This document shows, one piece after another, positions 1-13,700 of a stretch of DNA of 64,000 nucleotides. Every line of letters begins with the position of its first letter. Position 1 is the first letter of the stretch. A program made the translations under genes and the position numbers. Below the pieces are notes generated by a model, which was not told where the DNA came from, ran no database searches, and was given only the letters and a program-made list of their open reading frames with translations. The stretch is from assembly GCA_002633005.1 (NCBI GenBank), contig NMRA01000352.1, positions 224,905-288,904 on the forward strand. Direction: 5' to 3'. The DNA comes from Phoronis australis. Its lineage: Eukaryota > Animalia > Phoronida.

Positions 1-669
1 ACGATGAATTTGGCTACTACCCAGCTGCCATGACTTGGAATTCTGGGTTATTTTGTCTAAGATATTTTTGATGTGTGGAGGATATTTATTACGTAAACCA
101 CAACTACGGAACGAACATCAGTGTGATGTTTTTTAAAAACATACAAGTGCATACAAAAGACAAATATGAAATTTCGACTATCGTCAGCTAGAACACATTA
201 AAAATATGTTGAGACAGAACCAAACAGGCCTTTTCACAAGAGCTGAAAGAAAGGTCTCTTTGTCAGAATTTAAAATGTTAGCTGTCATGGATTGTGCCAA
301 GAACAAGAATTATGTGGGTAATGTAAAGTTAGTTCTCAAAGTCATGTACGTTTATGAAGACCAATGAAAGTCTCGAGATGAGACCGAGAGACTGAAAGTT
401 AAAGTTCAAAAACTTACATGACTCCGATAGGTAACTTTCGATTACCCATATTCTAACGCAGTCGGTGATATGAACATTCATTCTATTAACAATCATATGG
501 TTGACTTATTAAATGGAGCCCTCCTTGACAGAGCAGCAGTGGATCACAAAAAAGTAGGGAAGCTAAAGCAGAGGCCTAACGCTATGAATAGATATGAAAG
601 TGGTCTCTAACTCAGTCTGGTGTACAGCGCAAGGTTTTCCAGGCCACATGTCAGGAAAACTCAACATCA

Positions 670-1150
670 CTGAGCAAAATGTCGGCCAAAGGGCACTGAA
701 ATAATTTGAGCTAACTTTTGCCTAATTTCTCGCAGGAAAACTAAAAAGAGCCATGGTTAATGGTTTCCTTGAAGGAGAGACAGATGCAAAAAACAGTGTG
801 CCACTAGGGGGCACAGCATTCTCCCACTCCGTTTCAAGCAAATTCTGTTCAATCCTTCCTATGAACACATTTGCCAAATTCTATGAAGATCCATTGATCA
901 CAGAACTCAGCAGGTACTGAAGTACAAGAAAACTAAACGTGCCACAAGGAGGCGCTATACTAGTCAGATCCATCCACAAATCAATGCCAGCCATGCTCTC
1001 CTCAACAGAAACACATAACCCCAAGCTTCATGTGGACCCAATAAGGAACATGGTAGGTAGTAGCATAAAATCAAGCAAAAAAAAACTGCCACTGACTAGA
1101 GGCACCACAGTTGACAGATTTGTCTGAAAATGGATAGCAGCCAATAAAAA
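670..1150 (-). mobile_element. Degenerate DINE/HINE-like repeat fragment in the PSENEN intron
   Basis: About 145-bp spaced motifs GCCACTAGGGGGCAC (near 800), GCCACAAGGAGGCGC (near 941) and GCCACTGACTAGAGGCAC (near 1088); reverse complement of the units in the 34351-36048 element. Confidence 0.5.
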
Positions 1151-1397
1151 CACAGCTCCCACCTTTCATGGTTCTTCAAACAATTTTGTGGATATGAAGC
1201 TGGATGGCAAAAAATAGACACAAAAGTAATAAAAAACAGCAACCAGGGAGATCACACCCACCCAAAACTTTTAACAGACTTCATTGCCTCCTTGATTGAA
1301 ACTCGTTTAATTTTGGATTTCAAGGACATGCCTAACTCAAAATAGAATCCAAAGACCATAAAATGGTTAAAAGGTGCACGGCTTGGATTGAACTCAC

Positions 1398-1563
1398 ATT
1401 TCTTAATCTGTAACTGCTGCTCAAATGCAGGTTTCCTGAAGGCTTCGTTGAAAAACCACACACAGTTAATGACCCACATAAAAGGGAGAAGCGCACAGCC
1501 TCCAAGGAAATACTTCCTGCATAGATCCAGTTTGTCCTCATCTTTAACCTTGCGCAGATCCAT
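1398..1563 (-). CDS. PSENEN: Gamma-secretase subunit PEN-2, first coding exon (remainder of gene appears to lie left of the window)
   Basis: Translates [55 protein letters not shown], matching the PEN-2 N-terminus ([20 protein letters not shown]). A cag acceptor lies 6 nt upstream of the ATG and a gtgagt donor follows 1398 (phase 1). The C-terminal exon was not found in 1-1397. Confidence 0.93.
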
Positions 1564-2949
1564 GGCTACCTGTTACATTGTAAACATGAACAAATTCAAG
1601 TGACATTGTTGCACATGATCTTAGAATCCTGCTTAATCTCAAGATCGTGTATCCCTGAACTTGGAATTGAGTATTCATAAAGGCAGTAGATTGAATTTTT
1701 TTGTACAGAGTAAAGAATGTTTGTGATTATTGGCCTCACGATCACCCATTTGCTCCTTTATCGTAACTTGTGTCGTAGAACTGAAAGGATCTGTGACTGG
1801 TTAACTCGAATATCGCTTGGTGAATAAGATCGCCAATAGTTGAAAAAAAGTTGGCGAAAATTTCTAATATTTTACTAAAATGTAATTGCATTTAGTGCAG
1901 GGCAAATTTTCATCAACGTGAATGTGATTTTATCAACACGAACGTGATTTGATTGACCTTGTCAAGTTTGCTCGTGTATTCCAAGTTCTCGTATATGTGA
2001 TCTTGAGATTAAGCAGGATTCCAAGTTCACCCACATTGTGTCTCTGGGGCACTTGTCCCATACATTTTATATATGTCACTGCTGTATCAATAAAAACTTT
2101 GCATTTTGTCATTCAAAATTCTGATTCCAATAAAATTTTAATATTGCAGAGTAAGCACTAATTCAGACATAAAAACTTCGTGATGTCTTGACCAAACAAA
2201 CAAAATAAAGGAACCTCATAAAATATGTTATTATTTTCGTAACATGATATACAAAATTTGGCACAACTAAAGTAACACATATAGTTAATTTCTATAGTGC
2301 GGGCATTTGGCAATACAAGAATCCGAATGCTCAGTGTGGGTGTTGTAGTCTAAACTTATTTGCGCACTTCAATTTGGCACTGGTTCGTGAGCCAAATTGG
2401 GGCTTGCGACAAACGAAAAAAGCTACTGAAAGTTCTAAAATTATTGCTTTTTTATCGGTTACCAGAACTGAAATTGATGACAAAGAGTGTTGTGTGGCAT
2501 GTCAAAGTTTTGCAGGACACTCCCTCTATAAGATTAATCCAAATGGTAAAAGTGATTCATCCAAATGACCTGTATAAAGGCTGTAATCAGTGTAATCATT
2601 AATGGGTTCTGATAATCATAAAAAATCCACACCACTTGCAGTAATGTGGGAACTAATAAGTGGATGAAACTGGTTCTCTAAATCAGGGCTCACTTATGAT
2701 ACGACCATTGCCGAAACGAAAACACAAAACGACACTGTCGCAAAACAACGCGTCATACTGATACGCCACAAACACCGACTCGGCCTCAGTCTCACTCTCG
2801 CTCTCTGACTCAGCCACTCAGGTGACTCAGGACAGCTAAAGTAATACCGTAACTTGTTTACAAGTATAAGCTTGTCATCATCAACTACAAATCATGGATA
2901 GGAAACAGGACGAGTAATAAAATACAAACACAATCTGCTACAACGCAGT

Positions 2950-3270
2950 CCTCGACGGCTTAAGTTGATCGTTCTGTAAGAGTTTTTGTATCAGCAACTG
3001 TAAATAGGTAAATTAGACTTCTTTCAGACAGCGGAAGTAGGAAACGAAACTTGCATAGTCTCCAAACTTAACAGCAGTCATAATTGAATAAAAGCAAAAC
3101 TGCATAATATTTCTGAAATTTAAAACATTTTTTTCGTGCTAAATATTACTTTCAAAACAGATTATTGGTGCATTTTATTTCATATACATGTATATTATAT
3201 TAGCATTTTTATCTACAAGAGTTCATATCCACCTCCTTTTGGTGGATTACCGCGAGAAAAATGGCCGAGT
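2950..3270. promoter_or_regulatory. Candidate bidirectional promoter between PSENEN and U2AF1
   Basis: Lies between two divergently oriented genes. ETS/GABP-like CGGAAGT at 3032-3038; YY1-like AAAATGGC overlaps the U2AF1 start codon. Transcription start sites are not determinable from sequence. Confidence 0.5.
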
Positions 3271-3304
3271 ACTTGGCTTCCATTTTCGGTACTGAAAAAG
3301 ATAA
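3261..3304 (+). CDS. U2AF1: U2AF1 exon 1
   Basis: [14 protein letters not shown](K), 44 nt, gtaagt donor. Confidence 0.95.
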
Positions 3305-6300
3305 GTAAGTTTTAGATTTGTTCTTCTCTTTGGCTGATGATACGAAAGTACTTCGAAGATAAAAATCCACTGATAAACTGTGATACTGTTGAAGGGACTC
3401 GAAAGCATAACAGTGAAAGCGACCTGAGCCTTCCGAACAGGTTCCGAACTCGTCGTTGACGTTGCTTGATCCTTGCTTTCCAAACTACGTGGCTAAACTA
3501 GCCGAAAACTTAATCAGAAAACCTGTAACTGACAACGTTATGTGCGGCATTGGACATAAATTTAATCTCACAGATATTTTATTTTCATATCGCTTTAACC
3601 TTTGGCTTGGTGTTTCAAATTTTGCCTCGACACTGAATGAATGTCGTCGGCCATTTTGTTTCACGGCACTGGCCTTTGGCTTTGTTGGCCGTTTTTGTTC
3701 AGGGTTATTTAGAATGTGCGGAGTAATGCTACCAAAAAGACAGATAGTGGAGATCACTTCCGATGATTTTTGGAGGGTCTGACACTTTGACATTCTTTAT
3801 GCAGTCTCCTCAGACACTCATAGCACCACATTAACAATTTGGGTCTTAGCTGACCTGTTTTCTTTGTGTAGGGAGGACAACGTTTTTTTAATTTTTTTAC
3901 AATACAGGGCTCGACATAACGAGCTGCAGGTCGCATTTGCGACCTGAAATTTGGAAATGCGAGCTGAGATTTTTGTCAGGTCGTATCAAGTCGCAAAATG
4001 CGACCTGGAATTTCCAACGAATGCGAGCTGAGTTTTTACAGTTCTCAACAGATACCTGGCAAATACACTAACCGAGAACAGCCCTCCCGACGACTTGTAA
4101 GCAAGTCGCGTGAACATAGGATATGAAGAATCGATCTTTGACGCGTTTCATTGGCTAACACTTTCGGCTACTTTAGTAAATTCCCGGATTCGCCGAAGAA
4201 AGTTTCGGGCCACTGCTTAACAAGTGATAAAACTTCACAAAATAACGGTGTTTCTATTAATTCTTAAGCGATCAACTTACCAAACTTTGTGGTGGACAAA
4301 AATATTTATTTTTCACAGAAGATGTCCTTATTACATGTACCAAATATCCACGACAATATCCCTGATATCGCACTGCGGCACCGTTAACGCGCACGCAGTC
4401 CCGGCAGACAATCGTGACTTAGACTGAGATGTGCTTCTCCTTTTTATCGTATTAAGACAGCCAAAGTGAAAATGACAACCTTATTAATCGCCAAACGACG
4501 GTCACGTCTTTACTTTCAGTTGCCAAGAAATTCTCAAACCCTTTACTTGTTTCTGGGGCTACGTGCGCGAAATATGATTTGTCTTTCACACGTTGTTGCC
4601 ATCGTAAAGTGTAGGCCTACTCCAGCGATTCAAGTGCGTGAACTCACGCGTGCACCACTTCAAAGAACAGCGACAGTTCTAAATGAAAGAGTATACCGTC
4701 TTGGCTCTGGTTTATTTGAAATTGAACTCAGATTCCAAGCGGTTATAAAAGACCCGATGTCCCGGGACCGATATAACCCAGAACTGAAGTTTTCCTGTTA
4801 CGATGTTTCCCGAGGTCGATGTTCTGTAAACCCTGTATTCTATGCCCGTAGCCAGCTATTGCAAATTGCAACTAAACTGGCACTAGATNNNNNNNNNNNN
4901 NNNNNNNNNNNNNNNNNNNNNNNNNNNNNNNNNNNNNNNNNNNNNNNNNNNNNNNNNNNNNNNNNNNNNNNNNNNNNNNNNNNNNNNNNNNNNNNNNNNN
5001 NNNNNNNNNNNNNNNNNNNNNNNNNNNNNNNNNNNNNNNNNNNNNNNNNNNNNNNNNNNNNNNNNNNNNNNNNNNNNNNNNNNNNNNNNNNNNNNNNNNN
5101 NNNNNNNNNNNNNNNNNNNNNNNNNNNNNNNNNNNNNNNNNNNNNNNNNNNNNNNNNNNNNNNNNNNNNNNNNNNNNNNNNNNNNNNNNNNNNNNNNNNN
5201 NNNNNNNNNNNNNNNNNNNNNNNNNNNNNNNNNNNNNNNNNNNNNNNNNNNNNNNNNNNNNNNNNNNNNNNNNNNNNNNNNNNNNNNNNNNNNNNNNNNN
5301 NNNNNNNNNNNNNNCTTTCAATGGCGGTCGTGAAGAACAGTAAGGCCGTACCTGCATGAATGAAGTCAATTTTGAGATCCGAAATTTGTGAGTATTTAAC
5401 GCTGCAGGTAAGAGCATAATCTAAACATTTTCTCGATGATCTAAAAAATCTATTTTGGCGTGTAAAAATGGCGGGAAAATTTTGCGACCTGGCATTTACT
5501 AATGCGAGCTGGATTTTGAAAATGCGACCTGGGATTTTGGCTAGGTCGCAAAATGCGACCTGGCGATTTTAATAGCGTCGAGCCCTGCAATACCCATGTG
5601 TCATACATTTTTGAAAAGCCCTTGGTGTGAGAAATGAAATGGTGCAAAAATCAGAAAAATTGGATGAGCGGTTGACGAGAAACTGGCCGTTGAAACGCGA
5701 TGATTATGCGTAAAATATCTGCCTTTTTACATAATTTCGTAAAAAATAAAAGAATATACATGTGCTGCATATAAAAAGATTCGTCTCATTGAGACAAACA
5801 TGGTCGTATGTATTATATAAAATTTGGATCTATTTCTACAGAGATATTGCTGTTTAAGTGTGTTGTTATAGCATATAATAGAACAGGCTCATCATGTTTG
5901 ATGAAAACAATGGATTACACAGCTTAAAAGGTAAAGAGCAAAGACACCACATTAGCTCAGAAATAAATACATCTGAGCTAGGAGGAAATTTCACATCAAA
6001 TCACAGGATCACATTGGTGGATTTGGGGGGGCAAAGGGGCCTGGCCCGTGGCCCCCCTTAAACTCCCATATTTCATTTGGCAGTTTGAGGGTGCAAATAT
6101 CTTACGGGTAAAATCCTGCGTAATACTCTGCCCTGACCCCCCCTCCTATCTAAAAATCCTAGATCTGCCCCTGAATACTACTACATGGGCAACACATCAT
6201 TGCCTGACAGTGACAGGGGGCTGGGGGAGGCTATAGCTCCCCCACTTTTTTCAGTGTTGGGTGCCACTCACGTACTATTAGATCGTATCATGGCAAAAAA

Positions 6301-9300
6301 CATCAGAAAGCAGACAAAAGACCATTTGGGAAGACAAATCACTTTTAACATGAAGGATTTCATCATTTACGCAACAAAAACTTTGTAACAACTTTATTTC
6401 GAACGGTGAAGTTGCGATGCCATTGAACTTCAACGTAGCTGCTGGTGGCGCTGACATGCGGCGACTTAGTGAACGAACGACTGCTGTTTGAAAAGTGCCA
6501 ATGTTCAGCAGTTTGACAGAATTTCTGAAAATGAAAGAATTACCAATTGAAAGAGTGATAAATTCCTCATCTAAAAATCGGGGGGGCATATTGCGCAACT
6601 GGAAAAACATCAATCTCCCGACGGACCAAAATTAGGCCTTCCGGACGATCGAAAACTCGCCATGAAAACTTGGCCTTGACTTCGAGAAAACAACTTGAGG
6701 AGATGCGCACGCATCTAAACTACATCCTGTCCAAATTTCATTTGTGTATTTGAGAGTATAGTGCTCTTTTGGATAGGAGGAACAAGAGGTATTTTTTCGA
6801 AAGTTGATCGCATGGCGGAAAATCGCTTACAAAAAATGATTTATCAGCGATAATTTGAGACAAAAAGATTACAAACTTACAAATAAAGACTAAGGTTACG
6901 ATTTATAACTCAAAATTGTCTTATAGTTAACTTTGAAGTCTGAAATCGGGTAATTTACCGACGTGGGTTTTACACGGAGGCAGATATGGAGCACCGTGAC
7001 CTACTTTTTGATTGTCCTCCCTATATTAGTACTGAAATGTGCTATATCAGTTTTACTCAGAGATGATCATGACGGTAGGCGCATTTTTCATGAACAAGCT
7101 TGTATGTGATGCAGGGCTTCATCTAGGATTTCGAACATAGGGTGTCCAAAATGGGGTTCCCAATATTCCAGGGCGTCCATGATTCCAACGCCGCATTACC
7201 CCCCCTCCCCACCCCATTCACCAGTAACCCCCCCCCCCACACACACAGTGAGTTTTTTTACAATTAAAAAATGCGTTGAACAAGGCTTTTACACCTAAGT
7301 TTACAAAAACAGCTCCCTTTTATTGGGCTTTTTTAAGTACTAAAAAACTGTTGATCAAGACTTTTATGTTTAAATTTACGAAAACAGCCAAATAGCTTAC
7401 CAAACGGGTATTACAGATATTACAGATATTGGTTGAACGATGAGTGCACTGTTTTTGGTCATCTCAAGTCAAATTCTGTTATAAAGTTTATTATATCAAC
7501 TTCACTAGCTTTATATTCTGTACAATGAGTCATCAAAGCTGCAGTTACCAACAAAAGAAAAATGCACAGATGATGTGTGGTTTATATTTTGACAACAGGT
7601 GTCACTGCTGCTCCATTTTAGACGCACATAGAAAAGCATGAAACAGGCGAAAACTCAAACATTTTAAATGGGGATATTTTTGCGGCACATCATATTATTA
7701 AAGTAATGACATTTATTTTGCTTTTGGTATTTTTAAAAAAAGATGAAGTACATGAAATTACAGCTCTGAAACACCAGTTTGGAGTTGAGCAAGGTCCATG
7801 TCCCTATATAAAGTACAGACTGGCAGTGGCATGTGAGTCTATTGAAAGCAGACACTCTGGCAACCAAGCACGTGCTCATGATTGACAGGTCTACCAAGTA
7901 GTTGGAATATTGCAACATTTTAAATACTTTGTATATTTCTTTCTGAGTTGAAAGGGCCAACTTCCCGCTTTGATTAACTGGTGTCTTAGTAATCTTTCAA
8001 TGTGGGTGTCCAAACTGGAGAAATTCTGATTGACAGGGCGTCCAAATGATACATTGGGCGTCTACATTAGTGCTAGGGTGTCCATTTGGACGCCCAGGAC
8101 GTAGGCTGCATGAAGGCCTGATGTGATGATGAGTGTACTGGATTTCATTGAATTCTCATGTTGAATGCATCTATTTCAGAGTCAACTGTTCTTTCTACTT
8201 CAAAATTGGTGCTTGTCGACATGGTGAAAGATGTTCACGACTTCACAACAAACCAACATTTAGCCAGGTACTATAGCGAAAAAATAACTGAAGATGTTAT
8301 TCAATATTTAATTCCAAATATCCAGACTGTGTATTCATTGCTTTTGACCTCCCTTTACTTGACGTACCTTCATGGGAAAACTAATGACGACAGCAGAAAA
8401 TCACCTTGTCAGCCACTCGGTAAAGGCAAAATAACCATTGTCGCAATCTTCAGAATCAAGAAATTCAATTTTGGCTTTAATTTCAATGTCTCATACTTTG
8501 GAGGCTGTCCCAAACTAGAGAATATTTATTGTAGATTGTTGTAACCATAAAGCACCTCAGATTCGTGTAGAAAATGAGTGATAGCCTCTTTAGAAAGCTT
8601 TCAATTCGTAATCTTCTATTTTGCCTATTTAATTTTGCAGCATATCTAACTCTGTGTGTACACATTGTGCTTTTCTTTTCAGACGATTGTGATTCCTAAC
8701 CTCTATTTGAACCCACAGAACTCTGCTCAGACGGCTGATGGATCGCACTGTAAGGACATTCTATTTCCTACTTCGGTCGTTTCAAAGTTATACTTAGGTT
8801 GGCTTCGCAATGGATGGTTTGTCAAAAATGTCTGGAGTTCATTCACACAAACTTTCAAAGTTCCTCGATTGAGATATTATGTGTTGTATTCCATTTCAAA
8901 AACAGGCAATTTCAAGCAATAATTTTCAAACAAACCTTCAAAGATTGTCCCTTTGGGCTGATGAGCTGTTAAAGTTATGTAGGACCCTAGGAAAAAGCCC
9001 AAATTTGGCTTACGTCGCATCATCATATCTCGGAAACGGCCAAGTGGGATTTACATGACACTCACAGAAACTATGCATTATTCCTCGTTCTCCAAAGCTG
9101 TTCAGAATTGTTTTTAAAACGGCAATTTCACATGAGTGGTTATCAAAAATAGGACTTTTATGATATGAAAACCTCGACAGTTGCATTAAGCAAAAACAAA
9201 AGGATGATTTATAAAACTGTTGCAATATTTTTGAGATCTCATCTTGAAAAGACACGGTTAGTGACCAAATAAATGACAGATGGTATAAAGTCAAAAATGT

Positions 9301-10697
9301 AAGTCTACATTCGGAAATATACACTTCTACAGGTCTAGTGTTTATATTTCCTAGATATTTGACTAAATGCAGAGACTTGTCGATAAAGTTCCACATAACC
9401 TTAAGACTCTGTCTGCAACTTGAAGAGTGGTATAAGAGTGAGGAAAGTTGTGTATTTTTGACAAATGGCTTTGGTCATATACAACATACCACAACCTGTT
9501 ACTATGGAAAGTGGTCTGTGCACCATAAGCTGTGAGTAAATCTCTCAGTACTCGTGCAATGCTTTGCAAATCTTGAAATGTGGTAATAGTACTTGTAATT
9601 AGTGGGTATTCTCTTGCAGTTATGTAATAAGACTATTTCTAACTACTATTGTTATGCAATGTGAAGTATTAGGTTTAGGGATTGTCGGCTCAATTTAGAG
9701 TTTGAGAATGGTGAGATGATCTACTTGGTATAGAAACAGCAGTTGTATTTTTGGAGCAGAATTCTAAAAAAATATTCGTCAAGTTCAGTATAATGGTTAG
9801 CTGCATGGAGTTATTCATATTCGTGTGTTTTAAGTACACGTTGAATTGCATTTTTCAACAACTCGCTATTGTGGTGAGTGAACACGTGTCAAACCAGTTT
9901 TATTGCTTCCAGTTGTCGTTAGTGACGTGGAAATGCAGCAGCACTACGATGAATTCTTTGAGGAGATCTTTGTTGAACTGGAGGCTAAGGTACGTAATTA
10001 TGCCATACATTAATAAGCAACTGCAAATACACTAGGTGGTGCTAGTGGAGCAACCATCTTACCTACAATACAGTGCATGCCAAAAATAATCGGTCAAAAT
10101 GACCCAGAGTTTGTTGTCAAAAGAGCTGAGCGCGAGGGAAATATCGTGTCTGATTATTTTTGGGGTGTGCTGTATTGTGTTGTAACGTTTCCTTTCCAGC
10201 GTGAAAAACATTCATATCAATACAGAAACCTTATGGTTTTGGATTTTGTAATAATTTCTAAAAAGTCTGAGATGTCCTCAGCTCGTATTATATGAGGCAG
10301 CACATATCATTCCGACAATTGTTTAAGAAACAACTGTATCATCTCGCCTTGACTATCAGTCGCAGGTATAAACTTGAGCACCTAAATTTTTCATCTCCCA
10401 CACTCAAGGAAATCTTCTTTTGCGATGCACTTTTCCTCAAAGTATTTAAAACACAATTCTGAACACACCTATCCCAGTAAAATTGTTGGCATTGATGATC
10501 AAATTGCTGGACTTGGCAAATTGTTATTGGCATACTCGGGACTAGTACCTCACTGAACACACGGAATTATGCCATTTGCTTGTTGCATTTTTGTCTATGG
10601 GGAATTGAAATATTGGAACCTTTTCTACCACACTGGTTTTCATGCAGGTAGTGCGCGCGCATGCATGCCCCTGTGCACGCACACACACGCACGCACG

Positions 10698-10735
<38 letters not shown>

Positions 10736-13700
10736 AATGAATCATAACTGTAGATGTTACAAGAAATGACTGCCTTGCTTTGCACTATTTATTGAGTGCA
10801 TTACTATAGAGTAGATTTTGTGTTCAGGTAAACTGCATTGTGGGTTTAGAGATGAAGTTTTAGCGGATGTATATACATTAGGTATATGAGCAGTTGAATC
10901 AAAGTCACATGTTAATTAGAGCATGATGCAATATCATTGTGTTACTTTACAGGATTTATTAAATTTAGCGCAATAGAAGTATGCGCATTGTAATTTCGCC
11001 CGATTAGCTGGATAAAAACGGAAATTAAATTAGGCCTTTTACTGTAATGAAGTCTGTCTCCATGATAAGAATCTCCTCTCCTCGATAACAATTTACTTCT
11101 ATTGCCAGCAAGAATATCAGTGACTCAAGAAAGCGCTTCTGAGATTAATGGGGTTGGACAACCCTAAAAGTGCGAATTGGAAAATGGCACTTGTATGCGT
11201 TGCTTGTGACTTGTGTTGGTACTAGAAATAGAATCCTGTCAAGGTAAGAGAGAGAAAGGCCTGATATTCAGTTTTTGTTTTTAGTCAACTGAACAGGGTC
11301 AAATGTAGCTTTAAATAATGCATGTTGTTTTGGTTTTGTTGCAGTATGGTGAAATAGAGGAAATGAATGTCTGTGACAATTTGGGTGATCACCTGGTCGG
11401 AAGTGTCTACGTCAAGGTGAGCCTACATTGTTCCATCCGTTTGGTGGAAGGATATCTGTCATGTAATGTCTTCCTTTTGTATTCAAATGGCGCTGAGTAC
11501 ATCAGTTTTCAAAAAAGTTGACGAATTCCGTCCAAAATTTTCTATTAGCCTTTATGTTGAAAATCTTGAAGAGAATTGGAAAAAAGTCATTTTCTGAAAA
11601 TGATTGCAAAATTAGCGGAAAGTCTGACAGACAATTTTGGCAAACACATGTGAAAAGTAACTGTTACACACCGGAGTGAGTGCATGCTGTTAGAAAAAAC
11701 TGTCTCAGCTGAGTTCTTTCTTCATGCAGGCTGTGTTTGTCACTGCACTGTTTTGATTTTTTTTACAAACTAGGCAACACAAATTTCTGATATTCTCTAG
11801 TCACTTCTCTCAAATAAGATTCCTTATGAAGCTGGTAAGTGTGCTGTAATGCAGATAATAATGTTCTCTGATTGACCTTTAAACGGATTGCAAAACGTCA
11901 TGATATGCACAAAGGATTGTGGGAATTCATTCAGCCTACATGGTGACTTGTTCCAACTGAACTGTGTCATCATAATTGCGATTATGATTCTTTGGAGTTC
12001 TTTGGCGTATTTTCCTAACTTTGAGGTACAGTTTTGCATTAGAGAGACATTGACACCTCCTCAATTTCGTATGGGTTTAACATATTTTGCGCCATTTAAA
12101 TGAATCAAAAGCACCCCTCGAAGCATACCAAGTGTAGTGCAGTAGCAGATGCATTTTTATGCGCCCACATATTTGTTTGTGGACGCATTATGCCGTCATC
12201 TCCGTCCGTCCGTCTGGCGTCATGCATCCGGCATCTGCTGCTCTATCTCCTAAACCTTTTGACATACGTTCATAAACTTTAGCACATATGTTCGTTTTAT
12301 TTGTACTATAGGCATCTATTGGTGAGATGATGCTATCCCGTTTTTGGATGGATTCGAGGTACTTTTTACCACCTAGTGGCCATTTTTCCTGTTTTCAAGT
12401 CTTGTTTTTTAGCGTCCACCCCTCGATCAACCAAACCATTCTAAGAATGAGTTTGAAAATTGGCGTGTATGTTTTCTGTGTGAAGAGGGCAGTTGTCTAT
12501 AACGAATTCAACTACTGTGGCGTCTCTTAGTGATAGTTTTGTTTTGTTTTGCGCCCATAGCTACATCTCCTTAACACACTGCATGATCTTTATTAAATTA
12601 TATTTATATGAAGTTAACAACGGACAACATCTTTCAGGCCGATCCAATGAATGCTGTGCCCCATAGTGGCAATTTTATTTTTTTCTGTTTTCCTTCGTTT
12701 CTCTGAAGTTCTGACAGATTTTTTGGAAATTTGGCAAATAGCTTTCTATTAAAGAAGCGGTGTTATTTTCCTGTTTTCAGGTGGATTGGATGTTTTTGCG
12801 ACATCTAGTTGCTATTTTTATGAAACAAATAAACAAGCATAGGAGCACACCATTTGCGGTGCATTCGTGGGCGCATTTCAACGCTCCATGGTGCTCTTGT
12901 ATATCTCTGTATTGCTCTTGTATATCTCTGTATTGCTCTTGTATATCTCTGTATTGCTCTTGTTATAAGAAGGCAGAGACGACGTGTGATGAGATAAGTG
13001 TTTACAAAGGTATCCCTCTTGGATGTACCCTAAACTTGTGGGTAAACGCTCTTACCCGGGTAATCACCCATCCCCACCTTTTTGTCAATTTTTGGTTTAA
13101 GTGGTCACTGCTTGGGTAATCGCCCATCCCCCATTTTGTGCCAATTTTCGGTTTAAGCACCCCTCTGCTTGGGTAATCGCTCTCCCCACGTATCATCAGC
13201 TACACAATTTAAGCGCCCAGGGCTTTAACCCGCGAGTTTACGGTAGTTAGCATACCATTGTTGTGCAATATGTCATTGTTCTGGCCGATCACTGAACGAG
13301 TAGAGTCTAAGCACAAGTCATGTCGTTGAAATGTAAGCCTGACATAGTAAAAATGACGATCTGCTGTCTAGTTTGAGGTGGACAATATGAAGGCAGTCCA
13401 GCCATCTTACAAGCATTCACATGACATGATTTCAATATGCAGATCAGACGTCTAATCAACTTTCTCATCATGTTGCTCATGAAAGCTGTGTAACAGGGGA
13501 CAAAACTAGATTTATTCCATGACCTCTTACAAGAAGCATGTTGCTTGCACCAAAGCTTAACCTAGAAATTTACTTGCTAGGTGTTGTGATGAAGATTGAA
13601 ATGCATATTGTTTAGAGATGATATTGTTGCAGCCACCGTCAAATCAGAACATTCTTTACTACTTTGTTAAGTGTGGAAAGCAAAAAGGAAAAAGCAGTTT

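Noticed and set aside
2330-2600. Weak THAP-like or coding signal (FYRLP) upstream of the PSENEN coding exon
   Set aside because: No full motif or consistent frame; too weak to call.
4466-5417. Long ORFs of 297 and 181 aa (and 49942-50487)
   Set aside because: Their length is an artefact of N runs.
12760-13119. ORF with repeated CSCISLY resembling an MT module
   Set aside because: It arises from a 21-bp tandem duplication at the 3' end of a HINE-like element inside a U2AF1 intron, with no supporting splice structure.
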